Part shown: positions 39,323-52,724 of the stretch, in pieces | Numbering within the stretch: position 1 is the stretch's first letter | How the letters are laid out: each line of letters starts with the position of its first letter | DNA from: Octopus sinensis | Taxonomy: Eukaryota | Direction of reading: 5' to 3' | NCBI RefSeq assembly: GCF_006345805.1 | Contig: NC_043006.1 | Coordinates: 66,154,001-66,218,000 of the forward strand | DNA length: 64,000 nucleotides | Notes under the pieces: model-generated | What the model saw: the letters and a program-made list of their open reading frames with translations, nothing else | The model's database searches: none | What the model was told of the DNA's origin: nothing | Program-made: the position numbers and the translations under genes

Positions 39323-39357
39323 GTTTAACGTTTCGAGCGGAGCTCTTCGTCGGAAAC
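39323..39357 (-). ncRNA. Variant minimal hammerhead-like motif in Penelope-like pLTR (about 39205-39440)
   Basis: GTTT-CCGACGA-A-GAGC TCC GCTC-GAAAC-GTT-AAAC. Confidence 0.55.
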
Positions 39358-39438
39358 AAGGAGAAGGAAAGATCCCGAGAAGGGAAGACAGAGGAAAAAA
39401 ATATTTTTGCTGGTGGTGCTCAAGAGATCACATGTTGT

Positions 39439-39493
<55 letters not shown>

Positions 39494-39926
39494 ATAACGT
39501 TCATAATAATTTTTCTATCGTCTTGGCTTAACAGCCCACACCGTTTGTTTTTACTGTTTTGTTCTCACTGTCCTGTTCTTGTTACCACTTTCACCCTTCG
39601 CAAAAAATCCCAAATTTTATTTAATTTGCTTTTCGGGAAGGACTGTTTGAACGAAGTCGCGTCTTGTTTAAGACTCAAATTTAACTGTAAGATTAACCAA
39701 CATTATACGCCCTAGTGAACTGACCATGCATCTACAAGATATATCTGAGCTTCATTTAAATAAGGTATTCAAACAGTAAAAATTGGATATCTCATGGTTG
39801 CTGAATATCGAAGCTCGATATCAAACGGAAAAAATAAAAAATAAAAAAACGAAAATTTTTTTGTCCAGCGATAGCAAACATAAAACAGATTTTTCGCCTA
39901 CCATGATATATATATATATATATATG

Positions 39927-40024
<98 letters not shown>

Positions 40025-40089
40025 CATACATACATACATACATAATACATACATACATACATACATCATACACACATACATACATACAT

Positions 40090-40735
40090 GTCAATAACAG
40101 CCGTTAAAGAACTCTCATTGAGAAAAAATGGCGGTGTTTGTCTGGCAAGGACTTCAAACCTTCGCTGGACGGACGTTAGTTATTGATTGTTATGAAGAAA
40201 GTATAATAAGTGACTAATAAGGATGTATGAAATAGGGAAAATATCCTTAACAAGAAGCATAAAAACAAGTGTGGTCATGTTTTTAGTAAGACGTGCACGC
40301 TTAAAAACCAAAAACATATTCCTCACACACATATAGACACACACATATACACACATATACACAACATATACACACATTCATGAACATATACATATACACA
40401 TACATACATACATGTCAATAACAGCCGTTAAAGAACTCTCATTGAGAAAAAATGGCGGTGTTTGTCTGGCAAGGACTTCAAACCTTCGCTGGACGGACGT
40501 TAGTTATTGATTGTTATGAAGAAAGTATAATAGTGACTAATAAGGATGTATGAAATAGGGAAAATATCCTTAACAAGAAGCATAAAAACAAGTGTGGTCA
40601 TGTTTTTAGTAAGACGTGCACGCTTAAAAACCAAAAACATATTCCTCACACACATATAGACACACATATATACACACATATACACACATTCATGAACATA
40701 TACATATACATACATACATACATACATACATACAT
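40090..40735. repeat. Near-identical tandem duplication, period 324 bp
   Basis: GTCAATAACAGCCGTTAAAGAAC... starts at 40090 and 40414. Confidence 0.95.
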
Positions 40736-40830
40736 ACATACATACATGCATTCATACATACATACGTACATACTCATGAACATTTTTATATATATATATA
40801 TTCATGTAGATAGGAGTGTATATATGTGTC

Positions 40831-40868
<38 letters not shown>

Positions 40869-41160
40869 TATATAATATATATATATATATATATATAATA
40901 TATATATATATATATACATATATACACATATGTATATACATAGAGTGATACACACACAGACACACACACACACACACACACATTTTCTAAGCACTAATCG
41001 TATACAAAATACCTAGAGGGAGAAAGTGGAATAAAGAGAGAAAAAGAGACGGAGGTGAGAAGACAGCTATATACATAACTATATATGTAATTGTGTTAAC
41101 GTTGTATGTGCATAAACATATGTAACGTATATATATATATATATTATATATATATATATG

Positions 41161-41206
<46 letters not shown>

Positions 41207-42117
41207 ATATATATATATATAGATATATATTATATATATATATATATACATATATACATACATACATATATACATACATACATACATAAACATATACATA
41301 TATATATATATGTATATGTATATGTATGCCATTTGTGCGTGTTTGCGTGTATGTATACGAGATGCAAAATAATTCTCCAGCTGAACGCTTTTAGATGTTG
41401 TGTAGAGAGGACTTAATTAAATCACTGTTGTTGTAGTTATGATTGTTGTTGTTGTTCTTGTTACAGTTGTTATATTTTTATTTCTTTATATATCTTTATT
41501 TTTATTACTATAGTGTTATATATATTTATTTGTACATATATTTGTCGTTTGTTATTGTTACGCTTTTTTTTCCTTACATTCTCTTTTATCTTTTCGGCAA
41601 TAGTTCTTTTTTTTGTTTCTGCTTTTTTTTGTCCTTGTTTGATATTTATTATTTATTGTTCAATATTTTTATTTCGCTGCCCTTCCCCCCAACCTATCCA
41701 AAGAGAAGGTGATAAAGAAATTCCACGGATTGCCATCATGTAGGTTCGCATTGCGTGAGATCTACAGCGGTGCGCTTGTGAAGAACTTCAAAGAATAGAG
41801 GTTTATTTCGAGGGATGCTTAATAGTAGGGTGGTGGAGGTGGAATTGATGGGGCGGAGAGGCGGCGAGGAAGACGGGGATGGTGGTTTTGGTGATGGTAT
41901 TGGTATTGGTCTTTGTAGGCAAGATGGTGTTATGTGTGACGACTGTGATGGTCTTGATGGTGGTGGTGTTGGTGGTGGTGGTATTGATGGTGGTGGTGTG
42001 GTGGTGAGTTATGTAAGAAATAACGGTAGAGGTCATTATAGAAGCTACACACACACAGACACACACATATATACATACACACACATAAATATATGTACAC
42101 CCCCCCGCACATATATT

Positions 42118-43416
42118 CAGTGCGCGATGGGTAAATTGTCGCCATTTTATATTTTTCAATTCACGCATGCGCATTGCTTGCTTTTGATTTTGTCGACTAC
42201 ACAGTATAGAGGGATCAGCTGGGCACCGTCTTTGAGAAAAACAGTACTATGACACTATTCACTCTGCCAGAAATTTGGAAACGATTTGCTGTACTGCTTG
42301 GCATTCGCGCTGGGAGCTCCAATAGGAACATTTCAGAATGTTCGTTTGTCAATCTAAGGACAGTGCAAAGGATTCGGAAAGAGTTGAATGAGTCTAATGT
42401 GGATTACGAAGGTACGGTAGCTCGGAAAACTTACTCTGATCGTTCTGATAAGAAAAGAACTGAATTTGTTGTTGAGATACAGGCCATGATTGACAACGAT
42501 CCCTCCAAGTCAATTAGGTCCATTTCCAGGGACATGGGATAGTCTGAGTTCGTTATCAGGCAGGTAGTGCATGAAGACATTCGATATTTTTCATATAAGA
42601 TGAGAAAGGGCCAATTTTTATCCCAAGCCATCAAGGACAAGAAGGAAGACACACTATGAAGCTTTTGAACAAACTCAAGCATCCCCCCCAACAGATCGTG
42701 CTTTGCTTTTTCTCAGACGAGAAGAATTTCTGCCAGGATCAGATGGTGAATACACAGAACAACCGTTGGCTTGCAGTGTCTCCAAAACATGTACCGAGAG
42801 TGATAGAAATCAAATATCCAATCAACAACATGGAGTTTGGAATGATAACTAGAGATGGCGACGTTATGTCTCCATTCATCTTCCCACACGGCCTCACACT
42901 CAACACGGAGGCCTACATCAAGTGTCTGGTGGAGGTAATGCTGCTCTGGGCGAAGAGGGTGGCTGCTGGAAGACCTTATGTCTTGCAACAGGACTTACAC
43001 GATGCCACACAAGCAGGAGTACTCGGTCATGGCTGACAGACAGTTTCTGCGACCACATCACCCCTAACATCTGGCCACATAACTTCCCAGATTGCAACCC
43101 CCTTCATTATTATGTGTAGAGCGCAGTTGAACGAGAGACCAACAAAACTCCTTGTAACACCAAAGACGAACTGAAGGCAAGGATTAGTGCAGCACTCACC
43201 AACTTAAACAAGGAGACTGTCCGGAAGGGTTGCAGAAGATTCCAAGGTCGTCTGGAGGCCACGGTTGAAGCCAATGGCGATTTTATTGAATAAATTTTCT
43301 CTTTAGTATTTCAAGAAATTTTCATGTAATTTTGGTAAATATCTCTGTTAAAATGAGATGTCAGTGTTATTTTCATTTTTGCGAAATTTAGACGACAATT
43401 TATTCACCGCACTCTT
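42118..43416 (+). mobile_element. Full-length defective Tc1/mariner element, DD37D (maT) type
   Basis: Imperfect TIRs with TA at the right end; transposase pieces FFSDEKNF, YVLQQD, IWPHNFPDCNPLHYYV, with about 37 residues between the second and third catalytic positions after frameshift repair; stops and frameshifts present. Confidence 0.9.
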
Positions 43417-43421
43417 TATAT

Positions 43422-43498
<77 letters not shown>

Positions 43499-43499
43499 T

Positions 43500-44525
43500 A
43501 CTCGTTTACTCGTTTACTTGTTTCAGTCATTTGACTGCGGCCATGCTGGAGCACCGCCTTTAATGGGGCAAATCGACCACGGGACTTATTCTTTGTAAGC
43601 CCAGTACTTATTCTATCGGTCTCTTTTGCCGAACCGCTAAGTGACGGGGACGTAAACACACCACCATCGGTTGTCAAGCAATGCTAGAGGGACAAACACA
43701 GACACACAAACATATACACACACATACACATGTTAGTTAGTTAGTTAATTTGGCTCAAAAGCAAATAGCAAGGCCATGTAGGGGGACATGGAGTTAAGTA
43801 CAGGGTGGTGTTCATGTAAAGAGTTCAGGCCACTTGAGGTCCAGGGAGGCTTTGAACAAAGCGGTCGTCGGCATCTTCACCATCTCGTCTGGCAGCTTGT
43901 TCCACGGATCCGCAACCCGGACGGAAAAAGCTCCTCTCCTTCGATTGAGATGAAATCGTCGCAGGTAGAGCTTTTCGGAATGACCCCGCAGCCGACGCTC
44001 TGGAGCAGGAGTGAAGAACAGCTCTTTCGAGAGGTTACACTTTCCGCTTATGATGTTGTGGGCGAGAATGAGATCACCACGGTGGCGGCGTTTTTCAAGA
44101 GAATAAAGGTCGAGCGTCCTCAGCCTTTCTTCGTAGGACAAATTTTTGAGACCATGAACCATGCGGGTAGCCAGCTTCTGGACTCTTTCGAGATGCTGTA
44201 TGTCTTTGAGGAGATAAGGAGAAGAGGCTTGAATCCCATACTCCAATATGGGTCTCACCAGCGTGACATAGAGTGGTAGGAATATGGCTGCTGTGAGCAT
44301 TCCGAATGACCGTCGAATCAAGAACAGAATTCCGCGTGCTTTGTTGGCAGCATGGACGCATACATATATACGACAGGCTTCTTTCAGTTTCCGTCTACCA
44401 AATCCACTCACAAGGCTTTGGTCGGCCCGAGGCTATAGCAGAATACACTTGCCCAAGATGCCATGCAGTGGGACTGAACCCGGAAGCATGTGGTTGGTTA
44501 GCAAGCTATTTACCACACAGCCACT
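43500..44525 (-). mobile_element. CORE SINE family A interrupted by a CR1 insertion
   Basis: Tail 43500-43730 and head 44360-44525 are collinear with the intact copy at 59129-59525. Confidence 0.88.
43733..44357 (-). mobile_element. Young 5'-truncated CR1-clade LINE with (TAAC)n tail
   Basis: Open frame LYVTLVRPILEYG..SPYLLKDIQHLERVQKLATRMV.GLKNLSYEERLRTLDLYSLEKRRHRGDLI..RGHSEKL..FSVRVADPWNKLP. Confidence 0.93.
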
Positions 44526-44621
44526 AATTAATTTAAAATTTAATAAGGGTAGAAATTGATATTAATCAATTAAAACCAGTGGCCCAGCATATTAAAAAGC
44601 TCCGAAGATTAAAATATTTTT

Positions 44622-45002
44622 ACATACAAAATTTAAAGGACTGACACTAAAAGTGGACTGTCAACATGCGAGATATAGACGTCAAATCGCTATTTTCCAC
44701 AAAGAATATGTTCTCAAATAAAAACTCAGCACAGACCAAAGCATTAAAAATAAGCAAGACAAATGAAAATATACGAAATAACAATGATTACCCATGTACC
44801 GATCAGTTTCGATTGTTAATATCCGCAAGGATAAACTGCAATCTCGTCAGCATGGTCTGTCATATAGAAATACAATTTGCAGGACTAGATGCAAAATCGT
44901 TTTATTTGAGAACATATTCTTTGTGGAAAATAGCGATTTGACGTCTATATCTAGCATGTTGACCGTCCACTTTTAGTGATCAGTCCTTTAAATTTTGTAT
45001 GT
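44622..45002. repeat. Inverted-repeat element (arms about 100 bp: 44622-44724 and 44899-45002) enclosing a hammerhead ribozyme
   Basis: ACATACAAAATTTAAAGGACTGA..GACGTCAAATCGCTATTTTCCACAAAGAATATGTTCTCAAATAAAA and its near-perfect reverse complement. Confidence 0.9.
44792..44855 (-). ncRNA. Type I hammerhead ribozyme with complete catalytic core
   Basis: Minus strand CCATG-CTGACGA-GATTG(cagtt TATCC ttgc GGATA ttaa)CAATC-GAAA-CT GATC GG-TA-CATGG; all three stems pair; GUA cleavage triplet. Confidence 0.85.
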
Positions 45003-45004
45003 TT

Positions 45005-45040
<36 letters not shown>

Positions 45041-45169
45041 CACATACATATACACACACACATATATACATATACGTTATACACACACACACACCTCGTA
45101 TATATATATATAAACACATACACTTACACATACATATACATATATAAATATACATTACATCATACAGTT

Positions 45170-45430
45170 TTATATTTAAGAGATAAGGAATTATGTACAT
45201 TATTTACATTATTTACATTTGACGGATATTTGCCCTCATCTTCTTTCAGCTGATATACCCTCCAGCCTTTATCAGCTGTCTTGGGGAAACAGAAAAATAC
45301 CTTAGGAATGAGAACCCAGGTTCGAAATTTCCCTAAGACACCTGATGAAGGCTGGAGGGTATATCAGCTGAAATGTGTTAACAACAACCTAGATGAGGAG
45401 AAATATCCGTCAAATGTAAATAATGTAAAT
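45170..45430. mobile_element. Short Penelope-like element with inverted pLTR and degenerate hammerhead (45337-45379)
   Basis: ATTTACATTATTTACATTTGACGGATATTT / AAATATCCGTCAAATGTAAATAATGTAAAT arms; GACAC-CTGATGA-AGGCTG..CAGCT-GAAA; same family as 59060-59855. Confidence 0.75.
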
Positions 45431-45432
45431 AA

Positions 45433-45680
45433 AGGTGCGTGGCTTAGTGGTTACGGTGTTGGACTCGCGATCGTAAGATTGTGGTTTCCATCACTTGACC
45501 GGGCGACGCGTTGTGTTCTTGAGCAAAACATTTCACTTCACGTTGCTCCAGTCCACTCACCTGGCACAAAGGAGTAAACCTAAGAGAGATTGGCGTCCTA
45601 TCCAGGTGGGGAACATATACACCACGGAAACCTGGAAAACGGTCCTTGCGAATCTATATATGACTCAGGAAGGAACGTTT
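45433..45680 (+). mobile_element. SINE family B head/CORE with a third tail type
   Basis: GGTGCGTGGCTTAGTGGTTA..GTGTTCTTGAGCAAAACATTTCAC; tail also seen reversed near 52500-52650. Confidence 0.7.
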
Positions 45681-46224
45681 TGTGTGGTGGAGTTGTGTGT
45701 GTATGTATGTGTGTGTGTGTGTGTGTGTCTGTGTGTGTATGTATGTATGTATGTATGTATGTATGTATGTATGATGTATGTATGTATGTATGTATGTATG
45801 ATGTATGTATGTATGAATGTATGTCTATGAGTAGGCGAGAGAGTTTTGTTAAGACGTTCGTCTTCGCAAAAACGTCATTTCATGTTCGAGCCCACAGCAG
45901 AGTAAATTTGAAGTAAAATTCGTGTCCCTTACCTTCGAATTTGCCAACATCGTTTGAGGGGAATTTAGGGGACAGCATCCGCGTCGGTAGAGTCGTTTCC
46001 GTTTCAATTCCTTCGTTGGTACGCTTAATGTATTCCCTTCTTTAACATCTTGGTGCCTTTAGCGGAATTCAGTTGGGAGTAGGCCACCAATTTGAGGATA
46101 ACCTTTCTTTCTCTCTCTCTCTCTCTTTGTTTTATTATTTTTTTTATTCTGGCTCGCAATCACGGAATCTTTAAAAAGGTCGTGACTACTCCTTGTCCCT
46201 CCCTCCAAACCAAATGGCGGCGAC

Positions 46225-46510
46225 GACAACGATGATGATCTCTCGTAGTCCGAGAAAATCGGTTCTGCAATTTCTTGCAGATTTGTTTTATAGAGATTAA
46301 ATGTATGTGCCGCACATAAGGTCCCGCCTTCCATCAAATCGACGTTGCCTGAACAGTTGCACCGTGTACCACGCGTCAGGTGTCGAAGTGATCGCAAAGC
46401 AAAAGTGAGATTAAGTGTTTTGCTCAAGAACACAACGCACCACCCGGTCTAGGAATTGAAACCTCGATCTTACGGTCGTACGTGCAACACCCTAACCACT
46501 GGGCCATGCG
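46225..46510 (-). mobile_element. SINE family B head with alternative tail
   Basis: TTGCTCAAGAACACAACGCAC..GGAATTGAAACC..CCCTAACCACTGGGCCATGCG. Confidence 0.75.
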
Positions 46511-46543
46511 CTGTCGACGCTCATATATGTAGAAACATGTCAT

Positions 46544-46918
46544 CAGTGCCGGACTGGGTCTAAAAATATTGGTTGCCAGGAGACTAAGTGGGCCTACCCA
46601 CAACAAAAAGGGAGCCCACCCGCAACTACAAGGGGCCTACCCGCAACTACAAGGGGGCCCACCCGCAACTACAAGTGAGCCCATCTGCAACTACAATGCT
46701 ATAATTTATTTATTTGGTTGAAAGTATTCTTTTCAACTGTCTACAAACACAGCCAGGCTGAAATAATTAATGCATTCTTCCAGGAGTGAATAAAAAAATT
46801 CTCAGACTCGAAGGGATGGTCCCCTTAGATACTAACATGAGTCCCCATATATGGACTCTAATGGCGCGAGAGACCACTTGCCATCGGGCAAACTGGCAAC
46901 CTGGACAGTCCGTCACTG
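46544..46918. mobile_element. hAT-type MITE with internal minisatellite of about 21 bp
   Basis: TIR CAGTG(C/A)CGGACTG; 8-bp TSD CATGTCAT / CATGTAAT; 3-4 copies of CCCACCCGCAACTACAAGGGG. Confidence 0.85.
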
Positions 46919-46944
46919 CATGTAATCCTTCTTACATACATATA

Positions 46945-47370
46945 CCGTATTTTAACGTGTATAAATAAATAACTCCCTAATTTGGGAGACTTAAAATTTG
47001 GAAAAAAGGTTTTGTAAGGGATTATAATACTAACCATGTATAAGAATCTCCTATATTTTAAAACCCAATCTTTGGCAAAAAGGGGATCCTTATACACTTT
47101 AAAATATAGGGATCTTTTCCATATCAAGTACATATTTTTTTAATAGTTTTTTTTTAAAAACTTAACACTTTGAAACTTCGGATACATCGTTGTTTGATTG
47201 AAATTACCCAAATACGACAACTTTAACACGAAATAACTTCTAAAATACAAAACTTTGTCAAAAACGTTAAGAGTAAACCCTGTTCTACGTGACACATTCA
47301 ACCAATATCCGAAGTTTCAAAGTGTTTAGTTAAAAAATCTGTGCTTGAGACGGAACAAATCCAAATACGG
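46945..47370. mobile_element. Possible TA-flanked MITE with internal inverted repeat
   Basis: TA-CCGTATTT...AAATACGG-TA; internal AACACTTTGAAACTTCGGATA / TATCCGAAGTTTCAAAGTGTT. Confidence 0.45.
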
Positions 47371-47640
47371 TAATTTCTGAAGAAAGTACGGTTCTTCAGA
47401 ACCAGAAAGAAGAAAGTTAATTAGAAGACTACAGACAGAAGCCTTCAATGGAACTGTCAAAATATGTAAAACTAAAAAGTTCAACATTTACTATATTCTA
47501 TTTCTCGCTGTGTAGTAGTTTATTTTTTCAGTGAAACTTAAGTAACATGTTTGTCTGTCTTAAGTACTATATAAAAATCACATCTAACTCTGTCAAAGAT
47601 ATTGAGTTCTCTCTGCCTCGCTGAATGTTAACACAGTGAG

Positions 47641-47672
<32 letters not shown>

Positions 47673-47853
47673 TGTGTGTGTGTGTGTGGTGTGTGAATGC
47701 GTTTGCTTGCGTGTGTGTAAATGTATGCATATGTATCTATGTATAAGTATATATATATATATATACGTGTATATATAGTTACACACATAGATAAACACAC
47801 TCACACCACACACACACACACATGTAGTGAGGGAGAAAGAAAAAGGAAACAGT

Positions 47854-47886
<33 letters not shown>

Positions 47887-48506
47887 GGAAGGAGAGGGAG
47901 CTGAAATAAGCATTTGTACAGTATAATATATGTGAGAGGAAACACGGATGGTTTTATTTTACATGATGAGGTTGCAAGCGAGTTGGATCTGAAGAAGCAA
48001 GGTGGTTGGGCGGTGGCCATATAGGTTGGTGCTGTTGTTGTTGTTGTGGTTGACGGTGGTGGTGGTCATGGCAGTTGTGGTTATAGTGGTGGTAGAGGTA
48101 GGGGCTGTGGCGGTAGTATACTGTAACATGAGCTTGATGTGTTTATTCTCTTTTCCTATGTGCTGCATGTGTGTGTGTCTGTGTTTGGTGTATGTATAAT
48201 TGTCTGTGATACTATGTAGTGTGTGTCTGTGTGTGTGTGTGTATACATGCGTATACACACACATCAAATAAAGCGCACACAATACGCACAACCAGTCACA
48301 ATACACAAACACACTCACACACACACATATACACACATATACACACACCATTATTACAAAGTAGTATGTATAAGATACGTGGAGCCTTTGTTGATGTTGT
48401 TTATGTTGTTGTTGTTCTTGGTGGTGGTGGTGGCGGCGGCGGCGGCGGCAGTGTGGTGCTAACGATGGAAGCGATGGTGATGATGGTTATGGGGAGCTAG
48501 TTATGG

Positions 48507-48538
<32 letters not shown>

Positions 48539-50046
48539 CCGATGGTGGTGGTGGTGGTGATTGTGGTGACGATGGTGGTTGTGGTGGTTGTGGTGATGGT
48601 GATGGCGATGGTGGTGGTGATAGTAATGAGGATGGTGGTGGTAGTTGCGGTGGTGGTGGTTTGTGGTGGCGAGGATGATGATGGTGCCAGTGATGTTGAT
48701 GATAATGATGGTGGTATTGTTGGTGGTGGTGATGGTGATGGTGACGGTAACGGCGATAACGTCGACGACGATGATGATCATGATGATGATAGTGATGATG
48801 ACAGTGGTGGTGAGGATGAGAACAATAATGTAAATGCTGTTATTGCCCTTTTATTCTTTCCCCTCTCTCTCTCCCCCTCCTCATCTACCCGCAAACCACT
48901 TCAACCACCCCGACCTCTTGTCTATCCTGACATTTCTACAAATTGCCATAACCTCTCCACTTAAAATCTCTTCTATCATCCTCAAAATCAACATCACCAT
49001 CATCATTACCAGCATCGTCCTCCTCCTTCTCCTCCTCCTCCTCATTATCATCATCATCATCAACATCATCTTCATCATTGTTAACATCATCATCATCGCC
49101 ATCATCTCGCCACCTCCATCAACAACATCGCTATTACCACCACCACCACCACCACCACCACCACCACCTTCAATATCACTACCATCTAGTGATTCTTCCA
49201 CGACCATCACCGCGAATAACTCTAAAAAATGAACGCATTTTCGTATTTCGATCTTCGATAACAATATCGGTTCGGCTGTTAACTATTTTTCCTTTGAAAA
49301 TCTTGGACCAATCGAAGCTGACCTAGGGTTAAACAACAACAACACCAATAACCCAATAAAGAAGCCTCTATGAAGTCGTTCGACTAGTGATCAAACATGT
49401 TCCAACTGTGGCCAAACCGTCTAATTTTTCTATCTAAGAATACATCCTATGTCTCTTCTTTTTTAATACAATAGAATTGGATTCAAGGAGATTTAGCTGC
49501 TATTTCTAGCAGAGAGTGAGAGATCCTTCTTTTCTTTCTCTTCTTTCTCTTTTTCTTTCTCCTCCATCTTCTCTTTCTTCTCCTTCTCCTCCTCCCTACT
49601 CCTCGTTCTACTTCTCCTCCTCCTCCTTCTTCCCCTCTCCTTCTCCTTCTTCCTCCACATGCTCTTCCTCCTTCTTTTCTCCCCCTTCTCCTCCTCACTA
49701 CTCCTCGTTCTCCGCCTCATTCTTCTTCTTCTTCTTCTTCTTCTTCTTCTTCTTTCAAGAGGAAATCTATGATTAGATTTAGAGGTAACTTAGAGAGACT
49801 CCGCCTAAGCCATATCGTATGTCGCTAGGCCCCCTCCCCCTCCCCAACGACTGTATCAGATGTTGAGGACCGAAGACAATTATCAAATATGTCCTTCCTT
49901 TCTAGTACAATAGTGTGGAATTTGAGAAATAATTGGCTGCTATTTGTAGCAGATCAAGATACAGCCAACTAAATAGAAGCCAATTATCCTCCAAATCGCA
50001 AATCATTCTCCATGGCGTCTTAAATGAATACAAGAAATAAAAACAT

Positions 50047-50193
50047 GTGTGGTAAGTAGCTTGCTTACCAACCACATGGTTCCGGGTTCATTCCCACTGG
50101 GTGGTGCCTTGGGCAAGTGTCTTCTACTATAGCCTTGGGTCGACCAAAGCCTTGTGAGTGGATTTGGTAGACAGAAACTGAAAGAAGCCGCTC

Positions 50194-50233
<40 letters not shown>

Positions 50234-50440
50234 TTGTGTGTCTGTTTGTCCCCCGCCAACACCGCTTGACAACCGAAGGTGGTGTGTTTACGTCCCCCGT
50301 CATATAGCGGTTCGGCAAAAGAGACCGATAGAATAGGTACTAGGCTTACAAACAATAAGTCCTGGGATCGATTTGTTCGACTAAAGGCGGTACTCCGGCA
50401 TGGCCACCGTCAAAATGACTGAAACATGTAAAAGAATAAA
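50047..50440 (+). mobile_element. CORE SINE family A, near full length
   Basis: Head, CCTTGGGCAAGTGTC, internal (TA)n(TG)n and tail GCATGGCCACCGTCAAAATGACTGAAAC. Confidence 0.88.
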
Positions 50441-50489
50441 AGAATTCTTTCTGTAATGTCTGAAACGAAGAGGGTAAAAAAAACATTAT

Positions 50490-50905
50490 TATTTCTTTAT
50501 TGTCCACAAGGGGCTAAACATAGAGGGGACAAACAAGGACAGACAAAAGGATTAAGTCGATTACATCGACACCAGTGCGTAACTGGTACTTATTTAATCG
50601 ACCCCGAAAGGATGAAAGGCAAAGTCGACCTCGGCGGAATTTGAACTCAGAACGTAGCGACAGACGAAATACCTATTTCTTTATTACCCACAAGGGGCTA
50701 AACATAGAGGGGACAAACAAGGACAGACAAACGGATTAAGGCGATTACATCGACAGCAGTGCGTAACTGGTACTTATTTAATCGACCCCGAATGGATGAA
50801 AGGCAAAGTCGACCTCGGCGGAATTTGAACTCAGAACAGAGCGGAAGACGAAATACTGCTAAACATTTCACCCGGCGTGCTAACGATTCTGCCAGCTCGT
50901 CGCCT
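50490..50905 (-). mobile_element. Dimeric Nin-SINE
   Basis: Two units of about 185 bp; junction GACGAAATACC|TATTTCTTTA at about 50673. Confidence 0.88.
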
Positions 50906-51477
50906 TCGTGTCATGGACGGAACGCCATTGATCATAGAAATGTCTATTTGATGAGAACTGGTCATCGAGGAGGAGGAGGAAGAAGAGGGATAAGCAACAA
51001 GAACAACAGGAACAATAGCAACAACGATATTCTTGTAGATGAGGTCTTTTCGGTTGGACTCGTTTAGTATTTCATTCAGGAGAAGTGGGCGTCGAATGGT
51101 GGTGGTGGTGGCAGCGGCGGAATAGTGTTGGTGGTGGTGGTGAAGGCGGCGGCGGTGGTGTTAGTGGTGGCAGCACTGTGGGGAGTGAGAGGTACTAGGG
51201 TGGGTGGTGGGGTAGGTTGTTTAAGCCGTCATGCTAATTCAGTTGCTACGCTTGGTGGCTTTTTGACATCAATACCGGATACGTCTTACAGCATAGCTGC
51301 CATATTGTTGTTGTTGCTATTGCTGGTTTTTCTTCTTATTATTTTTTGTCTTTTCATTTTAGATGGATAAATAAATAAAAACAAATAATTAGATAACGAT
51401 AGAAAGAGAGAAATACATCACGGCAATCAACAGTTTAAACGGCTAGAAAACGCACGTCTGCTTGTTATACACCCATA

Positions 51478-52185
51478 GGCGCAGCAGTGGTTGTGTGGTA
51501 AGTCGATATGTTCAGAGTGTTGAATTCCTTCCCGAAGGACCAGTTTAGGTTCGCCTTCTGGGGCCCCGACCTAGAGCTGGAGCATTGCCTGTGGGAGGCA
51601 TACAGCATGGTCGGTGAGGAACGATAAAGAGGCTTTAGTGCCTAAAATGTTTATTGTATGTTATTGTTTGTAAGAGGCTCAGCGCCTCAATTTGTAATGG
51701 ACTTATTAAGTCTAGTAACTGTAAGAATTGAGGTAATAGGTTTAATACCTCGTTTTGTTTTTTGAAGAACAATGTTTAAGAGAAGCAGAAGATCGGCGGG
51801 CCCCTCTCATTAATATCATAATTTCGTTTCATCAATGTAATGTCCAACCCGCTGTTACTGGTAGACAGAAACTGAAAGAAGCCCGTCGTATATATATATA
51901 ATATAATATATATATATATATATATATATTTGTGTGTGTGTGTGTATGTGTGTGTGTGTGTTGTGTGTGTGTGTGTTTGGGTGTCTGTGTTTGTCCCCCA
52001 ACCGATGTTGTCCTTCACAACCGATGCTGGTGTGTTTACGTCCCCGTAACTTAGCGGTTCAGCAAAAGAGACCGATAGAATAAGTACTAGGCTTACAAAG
52101 AATAAGTCCTGGGGTCGATTTGTTCGACGAAAGAAGGTGCTCCAGCATGGCCGCAGTCAAATGACTGAAGCAAGTAAAAGAATAG
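51478..52185 (+). mobile_element. CORE SINE family A with about 355 bp of foreign sequence (51503-51858) replacing part of the head
   Basis: GGCGCAGCAGTGGTTGTGTGGTAAG, then unrelated sequence, then resumes TGGTAGACAGAAACTGAAAGAAGCCCGTCG. Confidence 0.75.
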
Positions 52186-52724
52186 ACTTCAGTCTATGTA
52201 TATTATATACACACACTTATATATATATATATATATATGTACACACAGTAATCCCCGTATACCCACACCGAGTATATATTGGGTTATCAGGTAAATTCGT
52301 ACTATTTTTCTTATTTATTTTAATCTTTTATTTTTAATTGTTTTAGTCATTGGACTGCGGCCATGCTGGAGCACCGTCTTCAGTGGTTCTTAAACAAACC
52401 AACCCTGTACCTGTTGTTTTTAAAGCCTTGTATTTAGGCGGTTATCAAGCGGTGCACAAACACACACACGCCCGCACACATAAACAAAGGATTAAGATCC
52501 TTTCCATGTTTTATATATAAACTAATATGGTCGGTTTCCCGGTTTCTGAGGCGTGTAAAGTCTCCACTGGGCCACCGGTCAGTCGCAGGTTTACTCATTT
52601 TTGCCATCTGAGTGGACTGGAGCAACGCCAAATGAAATGCTTTGTTCAAGAACGCAATTTAAAGCACAGGTGAGTGACGAAAGTTTTTACTGCGCGTTTC
52701 CAACAGGGTGGGTCTGTATAGGTC

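Noticed and set aside
46610-46700. CRISPR-like short repeats
   Set aside because: Contiguous units of about 21 bp without spacers inside a hAT MITE; eukaryotic context with no cas genes.
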